Positions 38,351 through 51,287 of a DNA stretch of 64,000 nt are shown piece after piece. The stretch spans positions 80,245 through 144,244 of the forward strand of contig JAJYXB010000022.1 of NCBI GenBank assembly GCA_021791195.1. Direction: 5' to 3'. A program made the translations under genes and the position numbers. This DNA comes from Actinomycetes bacterium (GTDB lineage: Bacteria > Actinomycetota > Thermoleophilia > BMS3ABIN01). The notes under the pieces were generated by a model. That model was given only the letters and a program-made list of their open reading frames with translations. It was not told where the DNA came from and did no database searches. Position 1 is the stretch's first letter, and each line of letters begins with the position of its first letter.

Positions 38351-38566
38351 AACCCTCGCGGCCGGCGTGCGGGAGGCTCTCCCATCCGCGGGCGCGAACG
38401 CGTCACACCTTCATTCAATATCATGGCCCGGCGCCGGCCGGGCTGATATATTTATGGATACGACATTCTTTTCAGCCGATCCTGAGGCCGGCGTTACGCA
38501 GGATGACGATCTGCTGCGGATCGTTTGGAAAGGAACGTCCCCTGGTTTCCCGATCCAAGGAACAGC

Positions 38567-39574
38567 ATGCCTCTGAAGACCCTGGTCTGCTCCTCCGGTG
38601 AGGTCACCGCGGTGGCCCCGGCGGAGGAAGCGCGAAAATATCTCCAAATGTCCGGGACGCTTGTCTGGATGGACTTTGAGGGCGTCCTCAGCGGCACGGA
38701 CAAAGAACTGCTCCAGTCGTCCTTTGGCTTCCATGACCTGTCGCTGGAGGATGCCGCCAGACCCGCCGACGGCGCCGTCCGCCGCCAGCGCCCGAAGGTC
38801 GAGGAGTATGACGATTATTTCTTCCTGGTGATGCAGGCGCTAAGTGCGGAGCGGGCAGGGAGCACGCTCGTGCTGGAGCCGGAGGAGCTGGACGTGTTCG
38901 TCGGTGGCAACTATGTTGTCTCGGTGCACCGGCGGCCGGTCCCCGAACTCAGTCTGGTCTGGGAGGAAGCGGTCAAGCGGCCGCGGCTGATGGCCTGCGG
39001 CTCCGACCGGCTGGCTTATCACATCCTCGACGCGGTCGTCGATCACTACATCGACATCGTCGATGACATCGAGGAACTGCTGGACGATCTGGAGGACGCC
39101 GTCATCGACCCCAGGGCGGGGAACCAGGCGGTGCGTGACATCTTTGCCTTCAAGCGGCAGCTGATCGGCTTCCGCAAGGCGGCCAGTCCGCTGCGCGAAG
39201 CGGTGACGGAGATGACCTCACGCGAGTATCCGCATGTCAGCGAAGCCACGCAGCCGTATCTGCGCGACGTCTATGACCATCTGGTGCGGCTGTCGGACAT
39301 GCTGGACACTTACCGCGACATCCTCGCCGGCGCCCTGGACGTGCATCTCTCGGCGGTCTCCAACAATATGAACATGGTGATGAAACGCCTGACCGTGGTG
39401 GCGACCATCTTCCTGCCGCTGGGCTTCATCACCGGTTTCTGGGGGATGAATTTCACCGACTTCATGCCGCTCGAGAGCGCATTCTGGTGGTGGGGCAGCC
39501 TGGCGGTGATGTTCTTCCTCACCGCCGGCATGATGCTGTATCTTTCCCTGTCAGTGGTGCGCAGGGGACGGTAG
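38567..39574 (+). CDS. corA: magnesium/cobalt transporter CorA
   Basis: QRPKVEEY, YLRDVYDH, MNMVMKRLT, GMNF. Confidence 0.93.
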   Translation: MPLKTLVCSSGEVTAVAPAEEARKYLQMSGTLVWMDFEGVLSGTDKELLQSSFGFHDLSLEDAARPADGAVRRQRPKVEEYDDYFFLVMQALSAERAGSTLVLEPEELDVFVGGNYVVSVHRRPVPELSLVWEEAVKRPRLMACGSDRLAYHILDAVVDHYIDIVDDIEELLDDLEDAVIDPRAGNQAVRDIFAFKRQLIGFRKAASPLREAVTEMTSREYPHVSEATQPYLRDVYDHLVRLSDMLDTYRDILAGALDVHLSAVSNNMNMVMKRLTVVATIFLPLGFITGFWGMNFTDFMPLESAFWWWGSLAVMFFLTAGMMLYLSLSVVRRGR

Positions 39575-39580
39575 GATCTG

Positions 39581-40215
39581 ATGGCCAGAGTCAAGATATG
39601 CGGTCTTACCAGCCCTGGGGACGCCATGCGCGCGGTCGCGGCCGGCGCCTGGGCGGTCGGTGTCATCTTCGCCCCGGAGAGCCCCCGGCGGGTGACCCGG
39701 CAGCAGGCAGCCGCCATCATGGCCGCGGTGCCGCCGGGGATACTTAAAGTAGGTGTGTTTGTCAACGCGGGCGAGGAGGAGATCACAGCCGCGGTCAGGG
39801 AGTGCGGCCTGGGCGCCGTGCAGCTGCACGGCGAGGAGTCGCCGGCGTTCTGCCGCCGCATCGGCGAGATCACCGGCGCCGCCGTTATCAAGGCCGTGCG
39901 CGTTGCCGGGCGGGAAACGCTAGGCAGCGTTGCCTCATTTGACACCGACTTCATTCTGCTGGATACTTATCAGCCGGGAAGGCGTGGCGGCACCGGCGAG
40001 TCCTTCGACTGGGACATCGCCCGCGAGCTGTCCGAAAACCTGCGCAGCGGCAGGGTGATCCTGTCCGGCGGTCTTGACGCTGAGAACGTGCTCGAGGCGC
40101 TGGACGCGGTCGGCCCCTACGCTGTCGATGTTTCCAGCGGCATTGAAACCGCCCCCGGGGTCAAGGACCCCGGTGAGATGGAAAGGCTGTTTGACATTCT
40201 TGGGCAGATGAAACC

Positions 40216-40219
<4 letters not shown>
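39581..40219 (+). CDS. trpF: phosphoribosylanthranilate isomerase
   Basis: VKICGLT, VGVF, QLHGEE, GGTG..FDW, DVSSG. Confidence 0.95.
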
Positions 40220-41390
<1,171 letters not shown>

Positions 41391-41394
<4 letters not shown>

Positions 41395-42176
41395 GCCGGC
41401 TGGAAGAACTTTTCAGGAGCAGGAAGAAGAAAGCGCTGCTGATGCCGTACATCACCGGCGGCTATCCCACCATCCATGAGTGCCGCCACGTGCTGGACGC
41501 TTTCGTCGCCGGCGGCGCCGACATGATCGAGCTGGGCGTGCCGTTCTCCGACCCCCTTGCGGACGGTCCGGTGGTGCAGGCCTCGGCGCAGCGGGCGCTG
41601 GACGAGGGTGTGACGCCTGACGACGTTCTGGCGCTGGCGGGCGAGTTCAGCGGCCGCCTGCCGGTGGTGCTGCTCGTATATTTCAACTGCGTCTATGCCT
41701 ACGGGCAGGAGCGCTTCGTCGATGCCGCCGCTCAGGCGGGTGTCTCGGGACTGATCGTGCCCGACCTGCCTGTTGACGAGGCGGGAGAGTTTGCCGGCAT
41801 CTGCCGCGCCCGGGGTGTGGACCCGATCCTGCTGGTGGCGCCCACCAGCACCGACGAGCGGATCAGCATGATCGCCGCCCAGGCATCCGGGTTCATCTAC
41901 TGCGTCTCGGTCGCCGGCGTCACCGGCGCCCGGACCTCGCTCAGCGAGCAGCTGCCGGACTTCCTGGCGCGGGTCAGGGCAAAGACCGATGTGCCCCTGG
42001 CGGTCGGTTTCGGCGTCTCCACCCCCGATCATGCCGCCGCAGTGGCGGAGTATGCCGACGGCGTCATCATCGGCAGCAGGCTCATCAGCATGGTGGCCGA
42101 AGCCGGCGACATAGACATCGCCGTACGGGCGGTCACGAGTTTCCTGTCACTGATCAATGAGGTGTTAGAACCATGA
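41391..42176 (+). CDS. trpA: tryptophan synthase alpha chain
   Basis: [30 protein letters not shown]. Confidence 0.97.
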
Positions 42177-42538
42177 AACCTGTTGCCCCCAAAGAGGTCC
42201 CCAACTCGACGCTTCCTTTCCCTGACGCGCTGCGTGAACTGCTCGCACTGCGAAATGTCAGCTACCGCCGTCTGGCTACGCGAACCAGGCTTTCCGCCGG
42301 CTATCTCAACCATCTCGCCTGCGGTTCGCGGCCGGTGCCGGCAGATCCGGTGATCAAGACGATCGCCCGGGCGCTCAAGGTGAAGCCAGAATTTTTTTTC
42401 GAGTACCGTCAGCGCGGCCTGCAGCGGGAGCTGGCGGGCTCACCGCAACTGGCTGACAGGCTGTACGATTTTATCGTCGCTGACAAGCCGTTGCCGCGGG
42501 ATTTCAAGTCATTGCTGGAGACGGCTCGCCGCAAGTGA
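42173..42538 (+). CDS. XRE-type helix-turn-helix protein
   Basis: LRELLALRNVSYRRLA..SAGYLNHL..G.RP..IARAL; ATGA overlap with trpA. Confidence 0.75.
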   Translation: MKPVAPKEVPNSTLPFPDALRELLALRNVSYRRLATRTRLSAGYLNHLACGSRPVPADPVIKTIARALKVKPEFFFEYRQRGLQRELAGSPQLADRLYDFIVADKPLPRDFKSLLETARRK

Positions 42539-42662
42539 AGCGCCGCCTGCGTCTGCTCCGGGACCGCCGGCGCCGAACCGCTAATAATCAGCTCAGCCTT
42601 GAGTGCAGCTGCCGCGAGGCGCTAAAGATCGGGGCGATGTTTTCCCCGGGAGGTTCAGACTG

Positions 42663-43088
42663 ATGAAATCATATCGCAAGGAATTATGGTTTGAGGTGCC
42701 CACACGCCGCGCATTTATCAACATCACCAGCGACGTCGAGCGCGCTCTGGCGGAGAGTGGCATCAGCGAAGGACTGGCGCTGGTGAACGCGATGCACATC
42801 ACGGCATCGGTGTTCATCAATGATGACGAGCCCGGTCTGCACGAGGACTACGAGCGCTGGCTGGAGTGGCTGGCGCCTCATGAGCCGGTGAGCCGGTACC
42901 GTCACAATGCCAATGCCGCCCGTGAGGACAACGGCGACGCGCACCTCAAACGGCAGGTAATGGGCCGGGAGGTCGTGGTGGCCATCACCGCCGGCCTGCT
43001 GGATCTCGGCACCTGGGAACGCATCTTCTACGGCGAATTCGACGGCCACCGCCGCAAGCGGGTGCTGGTGAAGATGATCGGGGAGTAG
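42663..43088 (+). CDS. YjbQ/UPF0047 family protein
   Basis: [30 protein letters not shown]. Confidence 0.9.
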   Translation: MKSYRKELWFEVPTRRAFINITSDVERALAESGISEGLALVNAMHITASVFINDDEPGLHEDYERWLEWLAPHEPVSRYRHNANAAREDNGDAHLKRQVMGREVVVAITAGLLDLGTWERIFYGEFDGHRRKRVLVKMIGE

Positions 43089-43100
43089 ATCCGGGCTAAA

Positions 43101-43706
43101 ATGGGAGAGAAGCAGGCTTCAAAGGCAGGATCGGCAGCGGATATACAGGAAACCGAAAACAGGATCATGAAATGGCTGGCCGTCAAGGTCGACCGGGGGC
43201 GCTATGCGCACAGTCTGCGCGTAATGAAACTGATACCCCGGCTGGCGGAAGCACACGGCGTCGCTCCCATGCCGCTGAGGCTGGCGGCGCTGCTGCATGA
43301 CAGCGCCCGCGGCATGAGTGACGAGGAGATGCTGGCGGCCGCGGAGCGCTGGAAAGTGGCGGTGCGGCCGCTGGACCGCGACTGCCCGGTGCTGCTTCAC
43401 GGCAGGCTGGCGGTGGAGCTGGCCCGGCGCGAGCTGGGCGTCAACGAGCCGGCGGTGGTCACGGCCGTGCTTTACCATACCGCCGGCCATCCCCGGATGA
43501 GCTTATCCGACAAGCTGCTGTTTCTCGCCGACATGATCGAGCCGGCCCGCCGTATCGAGCGGGTGGACGAGCTCAGATCGGTTTCCTTCCGGGATGTCGA
43601 CCGCGCCATGCTGCTGGCGATCGCAATCAACCGGCGCCACCTGGCGGCAAGAGGCCGGCCGATGGATCCCGTGACGCTGGAGCTCGAGCAGGCACTGACG
43701 TCTTAA
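43101..43706 (+). CDS. HD-domain YqeK-like symmetrical Ap4A hydrolase
   Basis: RYAHS, LLHD, LLHG, YHT, LADMIEP. Confidence 0.85.
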   Translation: MGEKQASKAGSAADIQETENRIMKWLAVKVDRGRYAHSLRVMKLIPRLAEAHGVAPMPLRLAALLHDSARGMSDEEMLAAAERWKVAVRPLDRDCPVLLHGRLAVELARRELGVNEPAVVTAVLYHTAGHPRMSLSDKLLFLADMIEPARRIERVDELRSVSFRDVDRAMLLAIAINRRHLAARGRPMDPVTLELEQALTS

Positions 43707-43767
43707 GCGGGCGTTATCAGCAGGCGGACGGGCAAGGATCCGGACCAGAAAGGTGTGATAGCTGGCC

Positions 43768-45048
43768 ATGGACACGAACAAACCCCGGTTTGTATCCCGT
43801 CATCGTTTCTGGCTGGTGGTGGCGGCCTTCCTGCTGGCGCAGCTGCTGCTCTGGTTCGTCCTTTTCCAGCGGTTCTGGTTTGCGGAGAAGGCCAGCAGCA
43901 GCGTCTACCTCTATTTCATCTACGGCCAGCGGATCGCCAGCGGTCTGGTCCCTTACCGCGATTTCTACCTCGAATACCCGCCGGTGGTCGCGCCGGTATT
44001 CTGCCTGCCATATCTGCTCTCCGGCCCCGATTACGGCAGGTACTTCTACTGGTACGAGATCGAGACCCTGGTCTTTTCCGCGGGCATCACCATCATGCTT
44101 TCCCTGGCGGTCAGGCAATACAGCCGGAGTCTGAAAACGCTGGCGGCCGTCCTTTTGACTTACGTCCTGTGCGTGGCCGCAACCGGCAGTCTCGTGCAGG
44201 TGCGTTTCGACCTCATGATCGGCTTCATGGTCGTGGCCAGCCTGGTGCTCTATCTGCACGGCAGGCCATTGGTCGCCTGGTCATTTCTGGGGATCGGCGC
44301 CATGCTGAAGCTGGTGCCACTGCTGCTGGCGCCGCTGTATCTGATCAGCGATCATCGCCGGGGGCGGCGAGGATGGGTTGGTCCGGCGGTGATGGGGGCG
44401 ACTTCACTGCTGATCGCGCTGCCGTTCCTGTTGACGGCTCCGGCCGGTCTGGCGCGTTCTTTCCTTGACCAGTCGTCGCGGCCGGTGCAGCTGGAAAGCA
44501 CCTGGGCGCTGCCATTTCTGTGGGCGAGGCAGCTTCTGGCCGTGCCGGTACGGACCGAGTTCACTCACGGTTCCGACAACATCATTTCCTCGCACACCGG
44601 TGTCATCTCCCTGCTTTCGGCTGTCCTGTTGCTGGCGGCGCTGGCCTGGGGATATTATGAGTTCTATCTCGTCAGCCGGGACGCGGGCGGCGGGCCGGCT
44701 GCGGCCGGGGGGCGCATGGAGCTGGTGCGGTTCGCTGCGGTTGCGCTGCTGACCTTCATCCTGCTGGGCAAGGTCTTCTCGCCGCAATACGTCATCTGGC
44801 TGTTGCCGCTGATCCCGCTCGTGACGGGCGCGGGCAGGAGATGGGTCGCGGGCCTGTTCGCCGGGGCCCTGCTTTTGACCCAGTACGAATTCCCGTATCG
44901 ATATCCGAAGCTTGTACAGATGCAGGGCTTCATGGTCGGCACCGTCACGCTGAGGGATCTGCTGCTGGCGGCGATGCTGGTCGTTCTGCTGGCGCCCTGG
45001 AAGCTCAAGAGAAAGCCTATTGAAAGGAAGCCGGATGCCTACTTTTGA
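43768..45048 (+). CDS. GT-C membrane glycosyltransferase (GT87/DUF2029-like)
   Basis: PYRDFYLEYPP, RFD, KLVP, KVFSPQY; many TM helices. Confidence 0.82.
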   Translation: MDTNKPRFVSRHRFWLVVAAFLLAQLLLWFVLFQRFWFAEKASSSVYLYFIYGQRIASGLVPYRDFYLEYPPVVAPVFCLPYLLSGPDYGRYFYWYEIETLVFSAGITIMLSLAVRQYSRSLKTLAAVLLTYVLCVAATGSLVQVRFDLMIGFMVVASLVLYLHGRPLVAWSFLGIGAMLKLVPLLLAPLYLISDHRRGRRGWVGPAVMGATSLLIALPFLLTAPAGLARSFLDQSSRPVQLESTWALPFLWARQLLAVPVRTEFTHGSDNIISSHTGVISLLSAVLLLAALAWGYYEFYLVSRDAGGGPAAAGGRMELVRFAAVALLTFILLGKVFSPQYVIWLLPLIPLVTGAGRRWVAGLFAGALLLTQYEFPYRYPKLVQMQGFMVGTVTLRDLLLAAMLVVLLAPWKLKRKPIERKPDAYF

Positions 45049-45526
45049 CATCGTCAATAAAGTCGACATGCAGGAAGTCGACAATGCCGTCAACATGACC
45101 CGGAAGATGATCTCGACCCGCTATGATTTTCGCAAGTCGCAGACGGAACTGACCCTGAACAAGAAGGACAAGAGCATCCACGTCCTCACTGAGGACAGCA
45201 TGAAGATGAAGGCGGTGGAGGGCGAGCTCTCCACCAATTTCTCCAAGCGCGGCATCGATCCGAAAGCGATCGATGCGGGCGAGATCCAGTCTGCCGCCGG
45301 GGACATGATCAAACGCGACATCCGTATTATCGACGGCATCGAAACCGACACCGCCAAGCAGATCGTCAAGCTGATCAAGGAACAGAAGCTGAAGGTTCAG
45401 GCCAAGATCATGGATGACCAGGTGCGCGTCAGCGGCAAGAAGATCGACGATCTTCAGGCAGTGATCAGCATGCTCAAGGCAAAGGATCTTGATGTACCGC
45501 TTAAGTATGTCAATATGAAGAGCTAG
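45035..45526 (+). CDS. yajQ: YajQ family nucleotide/c-di-GMP-binding protein
   Basis: MPTFDIV..EVDNA..RYDF..RVSGKKIDDLQ. Confidence 0.93.
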   Translation: MPTFDIVNKVDMQEVDNAVNMTRKMISTRYDFRKSQTELTLNKKDKSIHVLTEDSMKMKAVEGELSTNFSKRGIDPKAIDAGEIQSAAGDMIKRDIRIIDGIETDTAKQIVKLIKEQKLKVQAKIMDDQVRVSGKKIDDLQAVISMLKAKDLDVPLKYVNMKS

Positions 45527-45559
45527 GCTTCAGGCCCGCCGCCGCGGCGGCGGCGCGGC

Positions 45560-46000
45560 TCAACCGCTGTGGCTTAGCCTGAGCACATGTTCGGGCGCCG
45601 GCTTTACCCCCGGACGTTCGAACTTGAGCGAGGCTGAATTCAGGCAGTAACGCAGTCCGGTCGGCTCGGGACCGTCGGGAAATACATGGCCGAGGTGGGC
45701 GTCGCAGCGGGCGCACAATACCTCGGTGCGCGGCGATCCGAGGCTGGTGTCGATGCGGGTAACGACGTTCCGGGGATCGACCGGCGCCCAGAAACTGGGC
45801 CAGCCGGAGCCGGAATGGAACTTCGTTTCCGAGCTGAACAGCGGCAGCCCGCAGCAGACGCAGTGGTAGACTCCTTCTTCGTAGAAATCATCATACTGGC
45901 CCGCAAACGCCCGCTCGGTGCCGCCCTGACGTGCGATCCGGAACTGTTCGTGGGTGAGCAGATGACGCCATTCCTCGTCAGACTTGACAATCTTTTCCAT
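45560..46000 (-). CDS. msrB: peptide methionine-R-sulfoxide reductase
   Basis: GTE, CVCC, GSGWPSF, HLGHVF, RYCLNS. Confidence 0.95.
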   Translation of the reverse strand: MEKIVKSDEEWRHLLTHEQFRIARQGGTERAFAGQYDDFYEEGVYHCVCCGLPLFSSETKFHSGSGWPSFWAPVDPRNVVTRIDTSLGSPRTEVLCARCDAHLGHVFPDGPEPTGLRYCLNSASLKFERPGVKPAPEHVLRLSHSG

Positions 46001-46292
46001 GTGGGCTCCTTGGAGAAAGGGGTGTGCTGGACTTATTGCCATGCCGGCGCGATATCAAACCTCGTGCAGAGCCGGACGCGGCCAAAACCCGGCCGCTGCC
46101 GGCCTGAAACTGCCGGGGCACAGTGCCTGTCATGGCGCTGTTCGGCGTGATGAAGAAGCGGCGGCAGGTGGCTGACGGGAGGAGGGGTTTGAGCCGCCGC
46201 GATTCAGGTGAACATCAATCTTCCAGGTTTGAATCATCGGGGCTCAAGCCGCGTCTCAAGTGATAATTGACGGAACGACAGACAAAAGGAGA

Positions 46293-46715
46293 ATGATGAT
46301 GGCAGAGCTCAGTTTCAACGTGCACCTCGATCAGCCGTTCGACCAGGCGGTGGAAACGGTCACGGAAGCGCTCAAGGGCGAGGGCTTCGGCGTACTGACG
46401 CGTGTGGATGTGCACGCCGCTTTTAAGGAAAAGCTGGGGAAGGAATTTCGCGAGTACGCTATCCTCGGCGCCTGCAATCCGCCGCTGGCGCACAAGGCGC
46501 TCAACCACAGGGCGGAGGTGGGATTGATGCTGCCCTGCAACGTCACCGTCGAAGCCGAGCCCGCCGGCGGGTCCACGGTTCGCATCGGCGACCCCGAAGG
46601 TTTAATGGAAAACACCGGCTTCAGCCTGGATCCTGTCCTGCGCGAGGTCGGCGAAGAGGCCCGCCAGCGGCTTAAGCGCGTCGCGGAATCTCTGGGCGCG
46701 GCCGTAGCAGAATAA
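46293..46715 (+). CDS. DUF302 domain protein
   Basis: GFGVLT, ILGACNP, GLMLPCNV; AAAGGAG SD. Confidence 0.88.
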   Translation: MMMAELSFNVHLDQPFDQAVETVTEALKGEGFGVLTRVDVHAAFKEKLGKEFREYAILGACNPPLAHKALNHRAEVGLMLPCNVTVEAEPAGGSTVRIGDPEGLMENTGFSLDPVLREVGEEARQRLKRVAESLGAAVAE

Positions 46716-47067
46716 TCCCCGGGGCGAGCTGCCGGTTGTGCCCTGGACATACCCGGGGCAGGCTGCCAGCCCGGGACAAGGCCTGCCGCGGCCGCGTGTC
46801 GCCACCACAGATAACGGCGCGCATCAACGTGGGGAAAGCCGCCGTGTTTTCATGGGGAAAGCCTCCCTGTTTTGGATCGGACCGCCATGCTGGTTTGACC
46901 GGCGCCGTGTTGGGTATGAAAAGTTCGGTGTGTCGGCGCCGGTCAGGGTGGTGCAGGATACTTTGGCTTTTCCGCGAATCACGTCGTTATCGCAGCTAAA
47001 GAACAGTTAAATCTGGCGCGCAGTGTTTGATGGTTCAATTCACAAGGAATGCAAGGAGTGGCTTACC

Positions 47068-48084
47068 ATGCAGCTGGGAATGATTGGCCTCGGACGGATG
47101 GGCGCAAACATGGCGCGCCGCCTGATGCGCGGCGGCCACGAGTGTGTCGTGTACGATAGCCGCGCCGAAGCGGTCGCGGAACTGGTGGGTGAAGGCGTGA
47201 CTGGCGCTAACGCGCTCGGTGATATTGTCGCGAAATTGAAACCGCCGCGCGTGATATGGCTGATGGTGCCCGCTGCCGTGGTCGATTCGTCGCTGAAGGA
47301 TCTGGTCGGGTTATTGCAGTCCGGCGACATCGTGATCGATGGCGGCAACTCGTACTACATCGATGACATTCGCCGGGCGAAGGAACTGGCGGGGAAGGGC
47401 CTCAGGTACATCGACGTGGGCACGAGTGGCGGGGTGTGGGGTCTGGAACGCGGCTATTGCATGATGATCGGTGGACCTGAAGATGCCGTGCAGTATGTCG
47501 ATCCGATTCTCAAAACGTTGGCGCCCGGACGCGGCGATGTCGATCGCACTCCGGGGCGCGAAAAATTGGGCGGCACCGCGGAAGAGGGCTATCTGCATTG
47601 CGGGCCAAACGGCGCGGGCCACTTCGTCAAGATGGTGCACAACGGCATCGAGTATGGCTTGATGGCCGCGTATGCGGAAGGACTGAATATTCTGAAATGC
47701 GCCAATGTCGGCAAGCAGGACCGCGAGATCAGCGCCGAAACGACGCCGCTGCGTAACCCGGAAGACTATCAATACGATCTGAATCTGGCCGATGTGGCCG
47801 AGGTCTGGCGGCGTGGCAGCGTGGTCGCTTCATGGCTCCTGGATTTAACCGCGATCGCCCTGCTGGATGATCCACAACTCGCGCAGTTCTCTGGCCGCGT
47901 TTCCGATTCGGGAGAGGGACGGTGGACAGTCCTCGCGTCCATCGAAGAGGGCGCGCCCGCACCAGTATTGAGTTCCGCGCTATATGAGCGCTTTTCGTCG
48001 CGCGGCGCAAACGATTATGCCGACAAACTGCTTTCCGCGATGCGCTTCCAGTTTGGCGGGCATCATGAATTGCCGGACAAGTGA
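47068..48084 (+). CDS. gnd: 6-phosphogluconate dehydrogenase, short NAD-dependent type
   Basis: [34 protein letters not shown]. Confidence 0.95.
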   Translation: MQLGMIGLGRMGANMARRLMRGGHECVVYDSRAEAVAELVGEGVTGANALGDIVAKLKPPRVIWLMVPAAVVDSSLKDLVGLLQSGDIVIDGGNSYYIDDIRRAKELAGKGLRYIDVGTSGGVWGLERGYCMMIGGPEDAVQYVDPILKTLAPGRGDVDRTPGREKLGGTAEEGYLHCGPNGAGHFVKMVHNGIEYGLMAAYAEGLNILKCANVGKQDREISAETTPLRNPEDYQYDLNLADVAEVWRRGSVVASWLLDLTAIALLDDPQLAQFSGRVSDSGEGRWTVLASIEEGAPAPVLSSALYERFSSRGANDYADKLLSAMRFQFGGHHELPDK

Positions 48085-48153
48085 TTTTATCGTTCGGCAG
48101 GGGTCCGGGCGCGGAATGCCTCACGCTTGATTTTGTTCGCGAAGGAGGTTCTC

Positions 48154-49542
48154 ATGAGCGTGGAGCAATCAGATGCGTTTGTTTTCTTTGGCGCAACGGG
48201 TGATCTGGCCTATAAAATGATCTTCCCGGCGCTGCAGGCCATGATCAAGCGTGGCAATCTCACGGTGCCGGTGATTGGCGTGGCCAAGGAGGGCTGGGCC
48301 ATCGACCAGCTGCGTGACCGGGCGCGCAAGAGCATTGAAGAGCATGGCGCCATCGACAAGGCGGCGTTCGCCAGGTTGATGGAGCTGCTGCAATATATTG
48401 ACAGCGATTATGGCGATCCGGACACCTTCAGGCGTTTGCGACAGGCACTGGGCGGCGCCCGGCACCCGCTTCATTACCTGGCGATTCCGCCCAGCCTGTT
48501 CGGCACTGTCGTGGCGCATTTGGGCGAGTCGGGCTGCGCCACGGGCGGGCGCGTCGTCGTCGAAAAGCCATTTGGCCGCAATCTGCGTTCGGCCCAGGCC
48601 CTGAACAAGACGCTGCACTCGGTGTTTCCGGAGAAATCGATCTTTCGCATCGATCACTTTCTGGGCAAGAGCGCGGTGCAGAATATCCTGTACTTCCGCT
48701 TCGCCAACACCTTTCTGGAGCCAGTCTGGAATCGCAACTACGTCGAAAGCGTGCAGATCACCATGGCGGAAGACTTTGGTGTGCAGGGCCGCGGTCAGGT
48801 ATACGACGAAATGGGCGCGATCCGCGATGTGGTGCAGAACCATCTGCTGCAGGTCGTCGCCTATGTGGCGATGGAGCCGCCGGTTCTCACATATCCAGAA
48901 GGGATCCGCGACGAGACTTCGAAAGTTTTCCGCACCATTGAGCCGCTCAACCGCGAGAACCTCGTGCGCGGGCAGTTCGCAGGCTATCGCGACGAGCCGG
49001 GTGTGAAACCCGGCTCGCGTGTGGAGACCTATGCGGCCGTGCGCCTGCACATCGATTCATGGCGCTGGGCCGGTGTGCCGTTCTTCATCCGCGCCGGTAA
49101 AAGTCTGCCGGTGACGGCGACCGAGGTGTTGATTACGCTCAAACGGCCGCCGATCACCAGGCTGTCGCCCGGAAAGGGCAACGGCGTGAGGTTCCGTCTG
49201 ACCAAGCCAATTACGCTGGGATTGAGCACTCGCGTGAAGGCGGGGAGCGAAGCAATGGCGTCACGCGAACAGGAGTTGACAGCGGAATACCAGCCCGGCC
49301 CCGGTATGCTGGGCGATTATGAGCGGCTGTTCACGGATGCCATGCGGGGTGACGCGATGCTGTTCGCGCGCGAAGATACGGTGGAAATCGCCTGGTCGAT
49401 CGTCGAGCCGATCCTCGACGGTGTGACGCCGGTGTTTGACTATGCACCGGGCACGTGGGGGCCGAAGGAAGCCGAGCGGTTGACAGCCGATGTCGGCGGC
49501 TGGCACAAGCCTGGCGCCGCCTTGGCCCGATCTCACACATGA
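48154..49542 (+). CDS. zwf: glucose-6-phosphate dehydrogenase
   Basis: [35 protein letters not shown]. Confidence 0.96.
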   Translation: MSVEQSDAFVFFGATGDLAYKMIFPALQAMIKRGNLTVPVIGVAKEGWAIDQLRDRARKSIEEHGAIDKAAFARLMELLQYIDSDYGDPDTFRRLRQALGGARHPLHYLAIPPSLFGTVVAHLGESGCATGGRVVVEKPFGRNLRSAQALNKTLHSVFPEKSIFRIDHFLGKSAVQNILYFRFANTFLEPVWNRNYVESVQITMAEDFGVQGRGQVYDEMGAIRDVVQNHLLQVVAYVAMEPPVLTYPEGIRDETSKVFRTIEPLNRENLVRGQFAGYRDEPGVKPGSRVETYAAVRLHIDSWRWAGVPFFIRAGKSLPVTATEVLITLKRPPITRLSPGKGNGVRFRLTKPITLGLSTRVKAGSEAMASREQELTAEYQPGPGMLGDYERLFTDAMRGDAMLFAREDTVEIAWSIVEPILDGVTPVFDYAPGTWGPKEAERLTADVGGWHKPGAALARSHT

Positions 49543-49613
49543 CAGTTCAACCGGCACGCTGATTCCCGGCTATCGGGGCATGCGCGTTAGTCCAGCCAGG
49601 AGAAAAAACTCTT

Positions 49614-50462
49614 ATGAGCACTCAGTCGGCGGCAACGCCTCCTTCGATCCGTCTAGTCATCGCCGACGTTGACGGCACGCTCGTTACGGAAGCAAAGGTG
49701 TTGACGCCGCGCGCAATCGCTGCCGTCGCGCGGCTGCGCGCGGCGAATATACTGTTTGCGGTCACCAGCGGACGGCCTCCAAAAGGAATGAGCATGATCA
49801 ACGACGCTCTGCGGTTGACGGAGCCGCTTTCGGCCTTTAACGGTGGTGTGGTCGTCAACCCGGACTTTAGTGTTGTTTCGATCCATCTTTTACCTGCCGG
49901 CATATCCGCGGCTGTGATCCGAATGATTCAGCGGCATGGACTGGACGCGTGGCTTTATACCGACACGGACTGGTACGTGACAGATGCCAACGGGCCGCAT
50001 GTCGCGCGTGAACAGTGGACCGTGAAGTTTTCGCCAGTCGTTGTCGATGACTACTCGCCGTACTTTGCACGCGTGGTAAAAATCGTCGGCGTCAGCGACG
50101 ATCTTGAAGCAGTTGCGCGCTGCGAGAAGGCGATGCAGGAGTGGGGCGGCGCGCGCGTCTCCGCCGAACGTTCGCAGCCGTACTACCTCGATGTAACTCA
50201 TCCCGGCGCAAACAAAGGCGGCGTAGTGCTCACGTTTTCCAAACTGCTCGATATTCCCACCGAAGCCATCGCGACCATCGGCGACATGCCGAGCGACGTG
50301 CTCATGTTTGAAAAGAGCGGCATGAGTATTGCCATGGGTAACGCCAGCGCGGCAGTACAAAAAGCCGCCACGTATGTCACCACGTCGAACGAGGATGAGG
50401 GTTTTGCCAATGCGATGGAGCGGTTTGTGCTTCGCGCGGATCAGGAGCTGAACAATGTCTGA
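49614..50462 (+). CDS. Cof-type HAD-IIB hydrolase
   Basis: DVDGTL, TSGR, NKG, GDMPSD. Confidence 0.9.
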   Translation: MSTQSAATPPSIRLVIADVDGTLVTEAKVLTPRAIAAVARLRAANILFAVTSGRPPKGMSMINDALRLTEPLSAFNGGVVVNPDFSVVSIHLLPAGISAAVIRMIQRHGLDAWLYTDTDWYVTDANGPHVAREQWTVKFSPVVVDDYSPYFARVVKIVGVSDDLEAVARCEKAMQEWGGARVSAERSQPYYLDVTHPGANKGGVVLTFSKLLDIPTEAIATIGDMPSDVLMFEKSGMSIAMGNASAAVQKAATYVTTSNEDEGFANAMERFVLRADQELNNV

Positions 50463-51189
50463 CATCACCATCTATCCTGACAGTGAGCACTTTGTGGACG
50501 GTTCGGCCGATTTCATTGCAGGACTTGCTGCCCGGGCTGTGGCCGAGCGCGGCCGTTTCGCGATTGCCCTCTCGGGCGGCAGCACCCCGCGCCCGATCTA
50601 TGCCCGGCTGGCGACGGGGGCATACGCGGATCGCATTGACTGGACCAGGGTGCACATCTTTTTCGGCGATGAGCGTTGTGTGCCGCCGGATGATTCACGC
50701 AGCAACTATCGCATGGCGCGTGAGGCGCTGCTCGATCACGTGCCGCTGCCGTCGGGCAATATCCATCGCATTCGTGGTGAAGATGATCCGGCACAAGCCG
50801 CGTTAGCTTACGCGCAAGAAGTGCAGCGCCTGTTTCGTACCGTTTCCGCTCCGGCCTTCGATCTCATCTGTCTGGGCGTGGGCGGCAACGGGCATACGGC
50901 TTCGCTCTTTCCGGGCACGGCGGCTTTGCGCGAGCGGGTGCGGTGGGTTGTGCCGCAGTACGTCGAAGTGATGACGACATGGCGCGTGACGTTCACGACC
51001 GTGTTGATCAACGCCGCCCGGCACATCGCCTTCTTCGCGGCGGGCACGGGGAAAGCCGATGTTCTGTGGCGCGTCCACGAAGGTCCATATCAGCCCGACG
51101 TGTTGCCCTCGCAACTGATCCAACCGGATAACGGCCAGCTCCATTGGCTGGTGGATGCGGCGGCAGGGGCAAAAGTCCAGCCGGTTTAA
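50455..51189 (+). CDS. pgl: 6-phosphogluconolactonase
   Basis: LSGGSTP, GDERCVP, SNY, GHTASLFP. Confidence 0.93.
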   Translation: MSDITIYPDSEHFVDGSADFIAGLAARAVAERGRFAIALSGGSTPRPIYARLATGAYADRIDWTRVHIFFGDERCVPPDDSRSNYRMAREALLDHVPLPSGNIHRIRGEDDPAQAALAYAQEVQRLFRTVSAPAFDLICLGVGGNGHTASLFPGTAALRERVRWVVPQYVEVMTTWRVTFTTVLINAARHIAFFAAGTGKADVLWRVHEGPYQPDVLPSQLIQPDNGQLHWLVDAAAGAKVQPV

Positions 51190-51287
51190 TGTCCCCGATG
51201 GGGGTATTAAACTGGTAGCCGGTCAGAATACAGACGGAGGGTGGGCGTATCTCCGGCTCCGGTTGCGCAAAAAACGGAGGTTTTTCA

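Noticed and set aside
45560..46000. MsrB as a second selenoprotein
   Set aside because: The catalytic RYCLN residue is an ordinary Cys codon; no in-frame UGA.
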